This document shows, piece after piece, positions 11,690-25,200 of a stretch of 64,000 nucleotides of DNA; positions within the stretch are counted from its first letter, which is position 1, and every line of letters starts with the position of its first letter. The stretch spans positions 1,360,209 through 1,424,208 of the forward strand of contig RDEW01000011.1 in assembly GCA_011109175.1 (NCBI GenBank), written 5' to 3'. The position numbers and the translations under genes were made by a program. Origin of the DNA: Dicyema japonicum. Taxonomy: Eukaryota; Animalia; Dicyemida. The notes below the pieces were generated by a model, which worked only from the letters and a program-made list of their open reading frames with translations, made no database searches and was not told where the DNA came from.

Positions 11690-14600
11690 ACTACTAAGTC
11701 CGCCTGTTAGGCCTGGACTGTTCATCCCGGTACCCCTTTTCTAAGTAATCCATCATATGTCTATTTAATTTAGCGTCCTGATTCGAATATCATCCCTGAT
11801 CGGCCTGACAAGTTTGTTCTCTTCCTCTGTCAGGCCTTCATACAATTTCTTCCAGAGGGCTAGTTTTATTGCCGCCCGCCGTGTTTTCTCCAGTCGGGCG
11901 AGAATCCTTTCTTTCGAGGGGGTATAGAACCATGCTTATCCTCAAGTAACTGGATTTTTCCGTCGAGAGTTTCATGCCTCTCCGATCGCATCAACCCTGG
12001 ACTTCGTCGATAAACGCTCCTAGTCGCCGCTCTGAGATGTATGCCTTCAGAGATGAATCCAGGATTAAAATGTCGTCCGCGTAAATCATTAGTTTGGTCC
12101 TGACGTTCTGCGGAGACGGAAAATCTTCCATAAATATGTTAAATAACAGTGGACTAAAATAGATCCCTGTGGCACTCCTCTTTTAAACGACATTCCATCC
12201 GAATAACTTCCACCGACTACCACGTGAGATATCCTCCCAGTTAAATAGTCCTTCAGCCATAGGAACATTTTTTAATATTTTATAACGTACTAGCCGACAA
12301 AATAGGCCTTGTGCCATACACTGTCGAACGCCTTTGATATGTCGAGACAAATAAGGCTCTTCTCAAATGTATTTATAATTTCGAAGTTTAGTGAGTAAAT
12401 ACAATTTCCACATGATCTTCCCGGGCGTAAACCAAATTGATCAGGTCGTAGAAAGTTGATCTCCTTCATATATCATTTCAATCTCTTGAATACAATACGT
12501 TCCATAATTTTTGATGTAGAACATTTAAGCTTATTGGCCTATAACTGAGAGGATCCTTCCTCGTTTTTCCAGGTTTGAGGATCATCTTCACAATAGATCG
12601 TTTCCATAAAAGAAAAACGTGTCCGAGCCTAAAACTCGAATCATATATCCTTCGTAGATCAGACAATAATTCATTAGATCTTTCTTTGAACATAATCATA
12701 GGATGCCATCAAATCCTGGAGCCTTGTTTTGCATTCGCGAATGCTGTTCTGACTTCTGCCATTGTGACTTTCTGCCAAAGTACCCAGATCTTCCATAGAG
12801 TAATCCATGAAATTAGGCAACTTCTCAGAAAATTTTTCATGTATGACACGAATAGGATCGACATCCTGTATTTTCTAGTTGATTTCTGAATACTGAAGGA
12901 ACTTTTTCCATTGGAATTGTCCTTCCCTTTTGATCGGCAGTTCAATGTTTTTTGCTTTTAATTTCCCATTTGTTAGCCTCCTGTACATTTTCCAGAAACA
13001 AGGGTTTTTCCAGTTAACATTAGAGGCTGCATTCTTCAATTTATTTTCGGCGTTTACTCTCCAAGCTTCTTGTAGCATTTTTGATCACATCAATTCTATA
13101 TTTCAGATTTTCCTGTCCCACAGATCAATACATCGTCTGTGCTTCGCCTTCAGAGTATTTCTCTCGCGAATAAGATCCCATATTAAGGTGGGCAAGAATC
13201 TTTGTTCTTCAGAAAGCTCTTCGAGTAAACCTTCCTTCCATATAATCGTAGATACGTCAGCATAGTGTTGGATAATTCCCAGTTGAAAACGTCCAACTCA
13301 TTAGGTGTAGAAAAAGAATTAGTCTTCAATAATAAAGTCTCAGACAAATAATGACGATAATGCACCCAGTCTATCGACGAGGTATCGTAGTATGAGAAAA
13401 TATTTTCTGCAATGTTTGGTTTTAGGTTTATAGTTATTTCCTGAGGAATATGATTACTCCCTATGTTCCAAAGCAACATTGGTCTGTCCACATGATCTAG
13501 GAGCTGTGGAGATACTAGAATCAATCCCAACATGTCAGCTCCGTTGTATGAGAAATGGTTAGGTTCTTCAGACGTCAAGACTTCAACTCCAATTTCGCTA
13601 TCGTCCGTCCCCGTTGTTTTTGCAACATCCGTAGCTCATATTCTTAGCATTCAGGACTCCTACCAAGATCGACATAGGGTTTGTTTCGAAAAATTGAACA
13701 ATTTTCGCAGAAGATCGGGCCAAGTCCTTAGAGTATATAGCCCTCCTACGCTTATCCATGTTCTTACTACCAAGACATCCACCTTGGCAATCCTCACAAG
13801 TAGTGCTAGTTCATCATGCCTTTTCACCAGGGAGCGGGCATTCACCAGCACTATTTTCAAATTTCTTTTCATTGTTTTTGTTGATGGTCTGCGCTCTCCA
13901 CAGCCAGGTCCACCAGACTCCAAAAATCCACTTTCAGCATTTTACATAGATTGTTCAGACCTGAGACAATTTCATTTAGCTCCCGAGACACCGACTCGGG
14001 GACTCCTGCCTTGCTCTGCTCATGTTTATGTTTGGCGCTCCGATCCACCGATCCATCATGAGTATGTGAACTATTGGTTCTCATAATCTCTTCTGTCTGT
14101 TTGACCATCTCGGAAACTTCTGACTCCCTCTGCAAATTTTTCCTTTTAGCGCTCCGCTCCACCGGCCCATCAAGAGTATGTGAAATATTGGTCCACTTCA
14201 TTTCTTGCGTTGGCTTGATTCCTTCTTTTCTAGAAACTGTTTGTCTGGAGATCATTTTCTGGATGCCTCTCTTATAGCCGGACATCCTCTATAGCGGGCA
14301 TTATGTCCTGGTCCACCACAATTGATACAATTGGTCTTCCACGTTCGATGAATATTCACACAAGAAGATCATGTTCCCCTCCACACTTGATGCATCTCTT
14401 CTTTTCCTGCAATGTGCGGCGATGTGGCAAATTCGTTCACAGTTGTAGCAGATAGGAGGGGGTATCTTCATCCACTCACACAGGATCTTGTTCGATCCAA
14501 TGTAGAAACCATAACGTATCAGCGATGTGGCCTCCGCATTACTACTAACCGAGGCTCTTGCCATAGGCATAGGCTGCGATCCTCTTGACATTCGGGTTCC

Positions 14601-15550
14601 CTTCGAGGTTAAGGGTGCCATCTCCTGAAGGTAATCAATGAGGTCGTTCTCACTCAGCCAGAAAGGGAAGTTCCTGAGGACAATCTCACAAGGTCTTGTT
14701 ATGAGCGTTCTGAAGTGGTGGTTGTCAGATCCAAAAGGACAGGTCTCATTTATGGCCTCGATATATTCGGCCATGTGGTTATTGTCGCGGAAGTCCAGTC
14801 GGAAGAAGCCCGGTCCTTTGTGGCTCATCCTCAAAGATCCATATTGATCATAACGGTAATCTCAGGTTTCGTTACAGTCCATGAACTGGTTTTCGAAAGG
14901 AAATCAGAAAAATTCCCGGAAGACCCTAGTAGTTACTGATTAATTATCCCACTGCTCACCATCGCTGTAATAATAGAAAAAGTGATACTCCAAAGGCGAG
15001 CCCAGGATTTCATAATGAGACACCCTTTCGGGTATTATAACGTGGTTCCGTAAGGGGAGATTCTAAGGTGACTACATCTGGAAGTTTAGTGCTCAGATGC
15101 TTAATCAAGCGAAAATGATACAATGAACCTTGGTATTGTTCTTAGGGAGGACTGGGTTTTGACTCTATTTGGCATGATTTTTAAATATTCCCTCGCTGAA
15201 GCGGTAATTTTCCAGGAACTCTGGAACTGAATCTCAGGTTCTTAAAGGACGGATAATCTATAAGTCATGACATCAAAATGTCGTGAGATAAAAAAGAAGC
15301 CATGGATGCCAAAATAGCTGATTCGATAGCAGAAGGCTCAGATTGAGACTTATTAGTTCTTAACTCCCTTAGATATTTCGTATTCTAATGCCTAGAGTGA
15401 CCAATTATAAAGTTCATATGGCGGTCACAGGGAAGATTAACCATCTTGGGGGTACTTTCAACTCCAAATTTACTTTCCTGGAGCACTCTGTTCTCATCAA
15501 AAAAGGCGGCCTGTGAAACACGTAAGAGCTTTTAACAACGTGTCCATTCA
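11690..15550 (-). mobile_element. Two-ORF LINE (Jockey/I-group-like): gag-like ORF1 with zinc knuckle, then APE-RT; decayed
   Basis: ORF1 CYNCERICHIAAHC; APE start IVLVNARSL and GSNHIP; RT ILKPGK..YRPISL, DISKAFDSVWH, GVPQG, IYADD. Confidence 0.85.
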
Positions 15551-15620
15551 AAATGGCCTCTAATTAATTTTTTCAGGTTTTGGGTTAGTCATCAATAAAC
15601 ATAACGAGATTTTAGCGAAA

Positions 15621-15808
15621 CGACATCTTTAGGTAAAAAAGTCATCTTTTTTAAATCTTATAAAAATTGATTTTAAGGGATTTTAGGGGTAAGTTGTACA
15701 TTTTACCAAGGTCCTCGACATCTTTAGATAAAAAAGTCATCTTTTTTAAATCTTATAAAAATTGATTTTAACGGGTCCTATGGGTAAGTGGAACATTTTA
15801 CCAAGGTT
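15621..15808. repeat. Imperfect 95-bp tandem duplication upstream of the DnaJ gene
   Basis: CGACATCTTTAG.TAAAAAAGTCATC...CATTTTACCAAGGT occurs at 15621 and 15716 with several substitutions. Confidence 0.85.
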
Positions 15809-16057
15809 TAAATTAAATTTTATTTCAAAACAACCGTTAATCAGGAAAACAAAGTGATCCGACTTGCAATAGTCCTAATTGTGAGAAGAAACTAAGGAAA
15901 CTTATTTTAGAGGAAGTAAAACTCAAAATTTGTTTTTGGAGGTAATAAAAAAATTTGTATAATACAGTTTAATAATTAAAATTATTAAAATTTTTAAATT
16001 TATTTTAAATAAATTAATAAATTAAAATAATATATTTTAAATTTACTTGAATACAAA

Positions 16058-16612
16058 ATGAATGTGATACTGATGTTAGTTGTTTTTACGTCATCAAACA
16101 AATTTGACGACCTTTACAAATTCATGGGAATTCCAAAGACCGCAACCCAAACAGAAATTAGGTCAGCCTATCGTAAATTGGCTCTAAAATATCACCCTGA
16201 TAAAGTCCCCCTTGAAGAGCAAGAAAATGCCACAGAGATCATTATGGACCTTTACTTTGGTATAATGTTTGGTCGTTAATTGCAAGTAAATGACATTCTA
16301 TCGGATCCTGAGAAGAGACAGACTACGATAAATTCGGAATCGGAGCCTTCATCCAATCAGAAAAGGATAACAGTTACTACTCGATGTTCAAGGATGCCTT
16401 CTACAATTTTTATTATCAGATTTTCAACGACAATGATGACTTTTATGTTGATCCTCGCTTTTTTGGCTTCGGATTCGAAAACAAGTTTTATGTTCACAAA
16501 AGAGTGGGTTTGTCCCCATTTTAGTAAACTTGTAGGGAAGGGGCAAAATTGCCATATAAGTAGATTTCCTGATGGGAAGACTAGGATTGTTGTTCAAACA
16601 ATATGTACTTAA
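16058..16612 (+). CDS. DnaJ/Hsp40 protein, DNAJB9 (ERdj4)-like; one apparent 1-nt deletion near 16320
   Basis: Hydrophobic N-terminus; J-domain with [13 protein letters not shown]; 27-nt intron 16260-16286; ILSDPEKR then DYDKFG in a shifted frame; F/Y/D-rich region. A probable 28-nt intron near 16508-16535 gives a C-terminal [20 protein letters not shown] with two Cys, as in ERdj4. Confidence 0.75.
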
Positions 16613-16689
16613 CTCTTTTTTATGTTTTTATTAAAATAATTTTGTGTATTTGTTGATCATTTCGGATTGGTCCTCGACTTATTCTACTC

Positions 16690-17460
16690 TTTCTAACGTG
16701 TGGTACTTGGACGATGCGTCATGAGAGGACAAACCACTAATGTACTGGATAGTCTAAGAGAATGATGACACAATTCAAAGAGTTGGGAAAACGCTCATCT
16801 CATCAAAATGCGAGATATGTAATTTCGGATTCCAGTTTTCCGAATAGAAGTCGATCATACCATTGTTTCGTAAAACTAATTCTCATGGCCGCAGAGACCC
16901 CAGCCAACCAGTCGAAATACTTGGATGTCCCTTAACAAAGGGAAGAATCGACAATGCTCTTATAACATGAGGCCAACAATTACAGTCAACGTACACACGG
17001 CTGGAAATTCTAGAAGTACGTACGTCCATCTTCCTAAACGTCTTACCAACGTCAAGTTTCAAGACCAAGGCCGGCAACCCTAGCCGTCCGCTTCAGAGGT
17101 CTTGAAATTTGTTCCCTAACAGACGTAGCACGCCCCGCACTCCAGCAAACAGTAAATCGAGATGATTCTTTATCTTGCTACCGAATTATCGACCAATGAA
17201 ACAGAGTATACATAAGCTTGGCCCTCAGAAGGGCTGCAAGGAACCAAAACCCAGATGAAACAGAAGGACTACTATAAAATCATATATGAAGATAAATTTG
17301 AGAGATTATTTAAAAATATGAACCACTGCGTCTGTCTGATCGCTGGGAGATCTAATGGAAGCGGATTATGGATTGACGCTTTCCTGGCTTGGAACATTGG
17401 CATCCATCCGGACGATGAGAGAGTCCACATCCGTCTGCAGTTTAATGACCGATTACTATA
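16690..17460 (+). mobile_element. CRE-clade non-LTR retrotransposon remnant
   Basis: NVWYLDDA RT motif; KCEI, EILGCPL-like and SGLWIDAF..NIG segments resembling the CRE copies at 34.5-37.1 kb. Confidence 0.65.
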
Positions 17461-17658
17461 ATCATCATGCTCCTCACTGCAAAGGCATAAAAAGCAGGCT
17501 CTTTTTTGTCTAATGACAAGTCGTCTAAATTCATATCATCAGTAAGTTTAATCTAGCATCCCTTCTACTTCCAAGTTTGCAAACATACGGATTTCCACTT
17601 TTTACGATGGCTATAGCTGTTGTCCTCTTGACTCCAAGATCTCGAGCAAGCTGTATAT

Positions 17659-19480
17659 CTGTGATTCTTAACCGTGGTGCATGTGCACCATTTTTGGTAC
17701 ATGAAAAATACTCGAATGGTGCATGGAAAAAAAATTGGTACATGTTATTATTTTTTAAATATTTTTTATTATCAGTGATTAGTTCATTACGATGGTTAAC
17801 CATTATCATTTGATACATATAAATACTCGTGTCAATAACATGTCTGGTGGTAATTCTCGTACTCCGCGGATTTATCGTAAAGATTATCTTAAATATGGAT
17901 TTATCCCTTCCAGTGGAGACAAATCTAAGCTTTTTTGCATAATTCTTTGGCCAATAGTTCTATGAAATTGTCAATATTAACACACCATTTGAGGACTGGA
18001 CATCCAAATCTTGTCGGATCTTCGCTTGAATATTTTCAAAATATAAAAAACAAGATTGATGAACCTACTACTCTTTAAAAGTTAATCACTCATCATACTC
18101 TTGCACGAAAAAGTATTCCTTTTAACCTATATCATAGATGGGTCACTTGCATCCTACAAAATTGCCCATATCGTTGCTAATAATAATGCTACCCATGTTT
18201 CGGGTGAATCGTTAATAATACATTCTATCGCAGTTGTTCCACAAGATATGTTGGAACATAATCCATCTGAAATTTTACAAGTAGTGCGACCATTTTGATG
18301 TTCCTAGAATTTACCTTTGAGTAATGATGCGATTCGTCGCCTAATTGACGAAATGGCTGAAAGCGTCGAAGATTCCTTAAAAATATACTTAGAAAAACTG
18401 TTTTTTCCTTGCAGATTGACGAATGTCTGGTATGTGATAATAAATCTATATTAATGGCCTATGTTAGGTAGGTATTTTAAATAATATTTTGTTTAGATTT
18501 TTTGACGAACAAGTAGTTTTTTGTGAAGAGGTTTTGTTTATTAGACCTTTGATAACAGATTCTACCGGAGAGTCAATTTTTAATGTATTGAAAACGTACT
18601 TTGAAGAAAAACAAATCTCGTCATAAAAACGATCAATCGAATTAAAACAAGTCCAAAATCTGATAGGATCTTTAGGAAATTTTGTATATATAGGAATGAA
18701 GATTAAGACTCTTGTATCATAATGAAGTTTATTTCTGTTTTTTGTATTCTTTAGGTTCGCTGGTTGTCCAAAGGCACTGCTTTACAAAGATTTGTAAACC
18801 TTTTACCAGCTATTTTGGATTTTCTTGAATCGGGTTTGACGTCAGAGTTACAATAATTACATTCTCTGAAAAGTTAAAGAATTATAGACATAACTTTGAA
18901 TCAGGAAAATACGATTTTTTATATCCAGCATGTGAAGCATTTAATCATTTTGATATAAAAATTTTTGTTGACCATCTAATTAATTGGAAAAGGAAATGAC
19001 AATCAGATTTGAAGACGTGATTAATATGGAAATACCAAGATGGATGATAAATTCTTTTCGAATAGCATTGTAGAGGTACAAATGGATTGATTTTATAGAG
19101 GTGCAAATTATTTTTATAGAAATTAGCGAATTTCGCTCGCAATTTTGAGAGGGAACAGCCATGCAGTGAGGGCGGCAACTACCTGACTTCTATTGTTTAA
19201 ATTTACATTATTTTTTTAGAAATTAAATATAATTATTCTTACAAGATTTTGTTTGAAAACCAGGATTTGTCTACCTTTTGGCGAAAAAAGGAATTTAAAG
19301 ACAAATATCCAAATATTGGGAACAAATAATTAAAATTTTATTATGTTTTCCGACGACATATCTTGTGGAATCAGAATTCAGCGTAGTAAACAGGATTTTG
19401 AGCGATGAACGTAACAAACTTGATATCTGCTCGCGAGGAGATGTCAGATTATTTTTAACACGCTTGAAAACATCTGTTTA
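17659..19480 (+). mobile_element. hAT transposon (Buster/Charlie, ZBED5-like), degraded, with micro-introns
   Basis: Left TIR CTGTGATTCTTAACCGTGG. Motifs YLKYGFI, NSSMK..L.HHL, LSND.I.R.IDEMA, LQIDE, LMAYVR|F, LYHNE|VRWLSKG, FPTTYLVESEFS. Confidence 0.85.
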
Positions 19481-20129
19481 AAACTGAAACTAATGAGAAG
19501 AATAAATACACTTTTAAACTGTCGGATACAAAGGTTATTCAGGAAGCTTCCTGCATTGATGACTCTAATGAAAAAATTGTCCAATTTTATGGAATCCCTA
19601 AGTTAATTTGCGACACTGATTTAAATAACCTGATTTTAGTCTGAGGCAAAATATCAAGCATGAATTTGTTATAAAATGTTGGAACACACATCAAAGATCA
19701 ATCTCAATGATCAAAGCGATGAAAAAGTATCAGAAATGTTAGAGGAATTTTTAAATAAGGAAAAAATCTACGATGAAATATAATAGTGAATCGATAGAAA
19801 ATTACATAATAAATGGAACTATCAAACAAATTAATGATTTGGAAGAATCCATTTTAGATATCGCTCCGGATTCTCAGAGGTTTAGAAAGAAACTACAGCT
19901 AAACATAAAAATGAAATTTGGATTTGGGAGTAGAATTGAACATTTTTTGCAAATACAGCGATACAAATAAAAAACGGAACAGCCAATTTCTCAATTTTTT
20001 TAAATAATGATTAATTTTTTTAATAAAAAATTGAATTGTAAACTATAAGCTTAACTTTTGCCTTTTACAAAAATCCAAACGTCAAAGATTTTGGTAAGTA
20101 TTTAAACCCAATTTTTTCAAACAAAATAA

Positions 20130-20390
20130 AAAGAACAAAAATAGTTCAAAAATTAGTATGACTTCCTTGAGCATTTATTGCTTCTAAGATTCTACTCCGC
20201 ATTGATCCAACAAGCGATTTCCCATATTCTATTGAGAGATCGTTCCAAATCTTTTTCAATTCTTTGAATAGGTCACTCCTTTTTATATAAATTCGGTTTC
20301 CTTTTTTGTTTCATGAAGGTTCACACGTGCTCGATTGGATTTAAATCAGGACTTTGAGGGGGCCATTGTAATAACTAGGGCAAGTTGTTT
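20130..20390 (-). mobile_element. Tc1-like transposase C-terminal remnant
   Basis: Minus-strand WPPQSPDLNPIEHV motif at about 20325-20366. Confidence 0.75.
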
Positions 20391-20539
20391 CTAGCACCTA
20401 AAAAAATTTTTTAGCGCTAAAAAATTACAAAATCTAGCAATTATGATTAAAAAAATTAGAACTTAAAATGATAAAATTTGTTATAAAACGTGTGGTCTTG
20501 TGGTGAGCAATTGCATCATCATGGAGCGTCGTTCATACA

Positions 20540-20887
20540 ATGGAACACATTACACCCAAGAGACAGGACACTACATGCTCTACATGCGGTTTTGCCAATG
20601 CACGCAAATATGGACTTTTCTGCTCGTCTTGCGGTGACTTTTTCCACTTTGGATGCATAAAGATTTCTCAGCGGGCTGCGTGCTCGCTCTGCCTGTGGAA
20701 CTGCAGTGTCTGCATGGGCACTGGTTGGAAAACCCAGAGGATCATTCCAAACGAGCCTCTAGACTTCGATGATATGGACAACCTCTTGCTCTTCTTGTCA
20801 GATCTAAGGAAAGCCAGGAAGATCCCAATCAGGATCCCAAGACCCGTCCGAATCCCCGCGGCTACATGCCTGCTGAATAATCATTAA
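20540..20887 (+). mobile_element. PHD-finger ORF, probably the 5' end of a CRE-clade retrotransposon
   Basis: C4HC3 spacing CSTC...CSSC..FFHFGC...WNCSVC, followed by IPIRIPRPVRIPAA resembling the RIPK/R.AR..AA segment before CRE RT domains. Truncated by a hAT fragment. Confidence 0.55.
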
Positions 20888-20889
20888 GA

Positions 20890-21130
20890 GTGCAGTCGGA
20901 TGGATGTTTTTCCAACTCTGTGCATTGCATATCGTTCATTACTCACAGTTGTCTACTCAATTGGTAGTCGTGAACGATCTTTTTCAAAGTTAAAACAAAT
21001 ACAAACATATTTGAGGTCTTCCATGTCAAATCATCGCTATCAAGTTTATCTTTGATCTGCATTTAAAAGATTCATGACAAGCGAGTTGAAAGAAGCTGTG
21101 GTACAGACTTTAGCTGACAGCACTGGACAT
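20890..21130 (+). mobile_element. hAT transposase C-terminal dimerisation-domain remnant
   Basis: DVFPTLCIAYRSLLT...SRERSFSKLKQIQTYLRSSMS. Confidence 0.75.
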
Positions 21131-22220
21131 GGAAGTGACTTTTGTTTATTTTTTAATAAAATAAATAATGATGCACCTCACTCTACTTGATCTTTTTTCA
21201 TTCTCATGTATGACAACATAATTTATTTAGTCACGATTAAGTCCATAAGGGACATCACTATCATACACTCCCGAGCAGCAGAAAGCTTTGGCATGCTTTT
21301 GGTGGCTTTGGCATCTAGGATTAGCCTCAGAAAAGGCTTGAAAATTCACGTCAGTTCCGCTTTTGTCTGTTTTTGAGCAATTTTTCGATGCACTCCTTTG
21401 GAACACAGCTGAACAATAGAAGCTTTGGGTGGAAGTAGCCTAGCAACTTGGTCTTTGATGCAGATATGGAAGAACTGTCTATAGAAAAGGACCATACCTC
21501 CTAGGCGAAATTAGGGTTTCTAAGTCTCCAACAGTTCGTTCATCAACATGGGAGGTATACGAGGCCTCTCATCGTCACTAAGCCATGCAGAAATGGGTCA
21601 CCACCAATCCTTCAAACTAATTAAAAGCTGGGTCAAGTGGCCAGCGAACAACTTATGGTTTGGGACGTAAACAAGCCTGTTCAACGATTTTAATTAACAA
21701 CTGGTAGATAAGGACTTGCATACACATAAATAAATTGGGAATCTCCCAACAACATAAGCCAATATTCTGAAACCCATTCCTTCGATTAAGATGCTCCTTT
21801 CTGCGTTCCTGTAGGCGACTCATTTTCGACAAATCCTAGTATTCTGAACCTATTATTATTAAAGAATTAATTCACGCTTAAATTAACCATAAAGTCACGT
21901 GCTTAGCTTCCTGAAGGACGAAAGGTCATGTCTTCCTTCTCGTGAGCTCGGGAGACATAGGAAACCTACAGTTCTGAGCAAGTGTAGATGCATGTAGAAT
22001 CCAAGTTCAAATCCCGTCCGCCCCAAAAGTGAAAGAACTTGGGGGATCATCTATCAAAAGCTGCACGTGTAGAATGTTGCTAATAACGAACTCTCGTTGT
22101 TATTTACAAAGTTCGAACAAAAAATTGTCGCGTGAGTCACCTACGATGTGATGGCATTGCACAATTTATGTGAAAAAGATCCGCAAAATCCCTGTCCCTT
22201 TTTCATTGAGACGTGGATGA

Positions 22221-25200
22221 TGTCGTGCATTACTACTTATTTCCAGCGATGTCAAACCGAATCCAGGACCGCCATTGATTATTGCCCAGATCAACATAAA
22301 TGGAATTCGAACAAAGATTATTGAACTTAGGAGGTTTTTTCATTCCAATTCAGTGGATATCGCTTTAATTCAAAAGTCAAAGCTTACTCAAAGATTCAAC
22401 TCCAACGTTTCCTGGATATTACGTGCTCCGGAAAGACCGAAAATTTGGAAGAGGTGGAGGCTTACTTACTATTGTCCATAATCAGATTAATGTTGTGGAC
22501 CTTTCAAATTACACACCGAGCTTTATCGACACTGAAGATCCATTAGAACAACTCACAGTGAAAATAAAGTTACACTCACTCCGAGTGACTATAGCAAATG
22601 TCCCTCCAATTTCTTTATGCTAATTTTGTCCTAATGCTTAAACATTGTTGGAAAAAGTTATGATTTGTGGAGATATGAACGCCAAGAGCCCAATTTGGTA
22701 CACAAATCAACTATTGGAGCAAAGAGGATCTATTATGTTAGACAACATTGACGACTTGGTAATCCTTAACAACAGGAATAAACACACAAGAACTCCTTCA
22801 AGAAATGGTGACTCTCCAACCTCACCAGATCTGACTCTTGCCGCCCCATCAATCGCTTCGACTATTACATGGGATGTTATCTACGATTTGCAAACAGATC
22901 ACAATCCAATACTATTAAAATCCTGGGAAAACAAGATTAATGGAACTCGCAATACTTTCATCAACTTCTCACGTGCGAATTGGCTTGAGTACATGATTTT
23001 TATTGAAGACTCCCTATGTTCTTTCCGAATAGAGAAGTTTTCCTCGATAGATGCGACCGTTGGATTTATTAATGAAAAGATTTTGCAAGCCCGAAAAAAG
23101 TTTATTCCAATGGGGCGATTCAAGACTTTTTCAGATAAATTCGACACAGAAACGAGGGTCCTTATTGCGAGAAGAAATTGACTGAAAAATTATAGATAAA
23201 ACAACATCCTTGAATACTGAAATTACAGATCTGAATAAGGAAATTACCAAAAGGATCAGAAATAAAATAAAAAAATGGGAGGCTGCTTTGATGTCTGTTA
23301 ACAGAAACACAAAGACATCATCCCTATGGAGAACACTACGGAAACTCAAACAGATTCCCATACAACATACACTAGGAATTAATCATGACACACTTATTAA
23401 ATTTTATGTCAGTTTAAGCCACAAACCATATTTGAAACTGGAGCATCAACCGAAACACAAGAAGAAAAATTATCCATACAGTCCGTCTCCGTTTCGGGGC
23501 ATTTTTCATTTGGAGTCTATTTTCCAACATTAATTTCCAAATTTGGAAATTTTCTGGAGCCCCAAACAGGGGCACCACATTCCAAAGAAAGAATTGCAGT
23601 ACTTCTATGTTGCAATTATGAGGATGAAAAACTTGAACCATTGATTACTGGAAATTATAATAAACCTCGATGTTTCAAAAATTTCGATGTTGAAGATTTT
23701 GGTTTTTTACATTCAGCTTCCAAAAGTGCATGAATGACTGGGTACATTTTTAAAAGCTGGTTATGCATGCTAGATGAGAAATTGGTTACTCAACAAAGAA
23801 AAATATTATTACTACTTGATAATGCAGAATGTCATAAAACTATTGAATGCTCCAATATCGATTTCTTTTGCCTAAAAATACGACACCCTATACACAGCCA
23901 TTAGATATGGGGATCATACAAATATTCAAAACTATTACTCAATTTTTTTAATCGAATTGAAAAAAATCGTGATGTCTTAAATATTGATGATCGCCTAACT
24001 GATGAAATAATGACCGAAGCTGTAGATGAAATATTAGCCGAGGCTGATGATGAAGAAACTATTGAATGCGACATTTTTATCTATAATGGAGATATAGCTG
24101 AAAACGAGGACCTGACAGAGAAACATTCTGGAAACTTTGAATACTCTGGAACATAACATTTTCTGCATAACACCAAAGTTATTAAAAAAATTCTACGAAT
24201 TCCGAATGACAGTAATGAGAAACATCCGAAATGGTTACAAAATTGGAGGAAAAATAACCGATTACTTCGTTAAAGAGCGACTTGGTAGATATTATTAATC
24301 ATAAAATAAAATCTCTTACCTTTTTTTACATTTATATGGTTTAAAATAAAAAAACAATAACCCCTGTTTTCGGAGCACAAAGTGGCCCAAACCGGGGTTA
24401 CACTGCACATCGAATTTTTTAAACCACTGGAGGTATTTCATGCAATTAAATACATGAAAAATACAAAATCCAAAGGGGCGGATGACATTTCAATAACTGA
24501 ATTGAAACACTTGGGGCAATAGCAATCGATGCCCTTACTGAGATTTTCAATTACTCAGTGAATAGAAATGGGATTCCCTCATTATTTAAAAAATCACTTA
24601 TACATCCAATACCTAAAAAGAACAAAGCCTTAGACGACCCCCGGAATTATCGTCCAATATCGATTCTTTGTGGCCTTTCAAGAACATTAGAAAAATTAAT
24701 CCTTCACAAGATTAGTCATTCGCTTGATTTTGCAAGTTTCCAACATGGCTTCAGATCGGGATACTCAACTTCAACTCACACAACAAAACTAACTCAGTTT
24801 ATTTTGGATGGACTGAACTACTCAAAACCACATAAAAGAACGGTACTTGTCGGTTCGGATATCGAGAAAAAGTTTGACTCGGTACCGAGGAAAACTCTAA
24901 CATCAAAAATTTTTGACACCGATATCCATCCAAAAATCCAGATGTGGCTGGCCAATTTCATTAATGGTAGAAGAGGCCAAGTTGTCATAATAATAGAAAA
25001 TCAATACAACGATACCTCCCCAATGGGGTCTCTCAAGTATCCCTTATATCACCAACCTTTTCAATTTATTTACAAAAGACCTTCCAAATCCAAACATCCA
25101 AAATACCATTCTTCTGTCTTATGCCGACGATCTCATTGTCGCTGCAAGACACCAAGACCATAAAGAAGCTGCACGAAGGGTTCAGGAGACCGTCGACATT

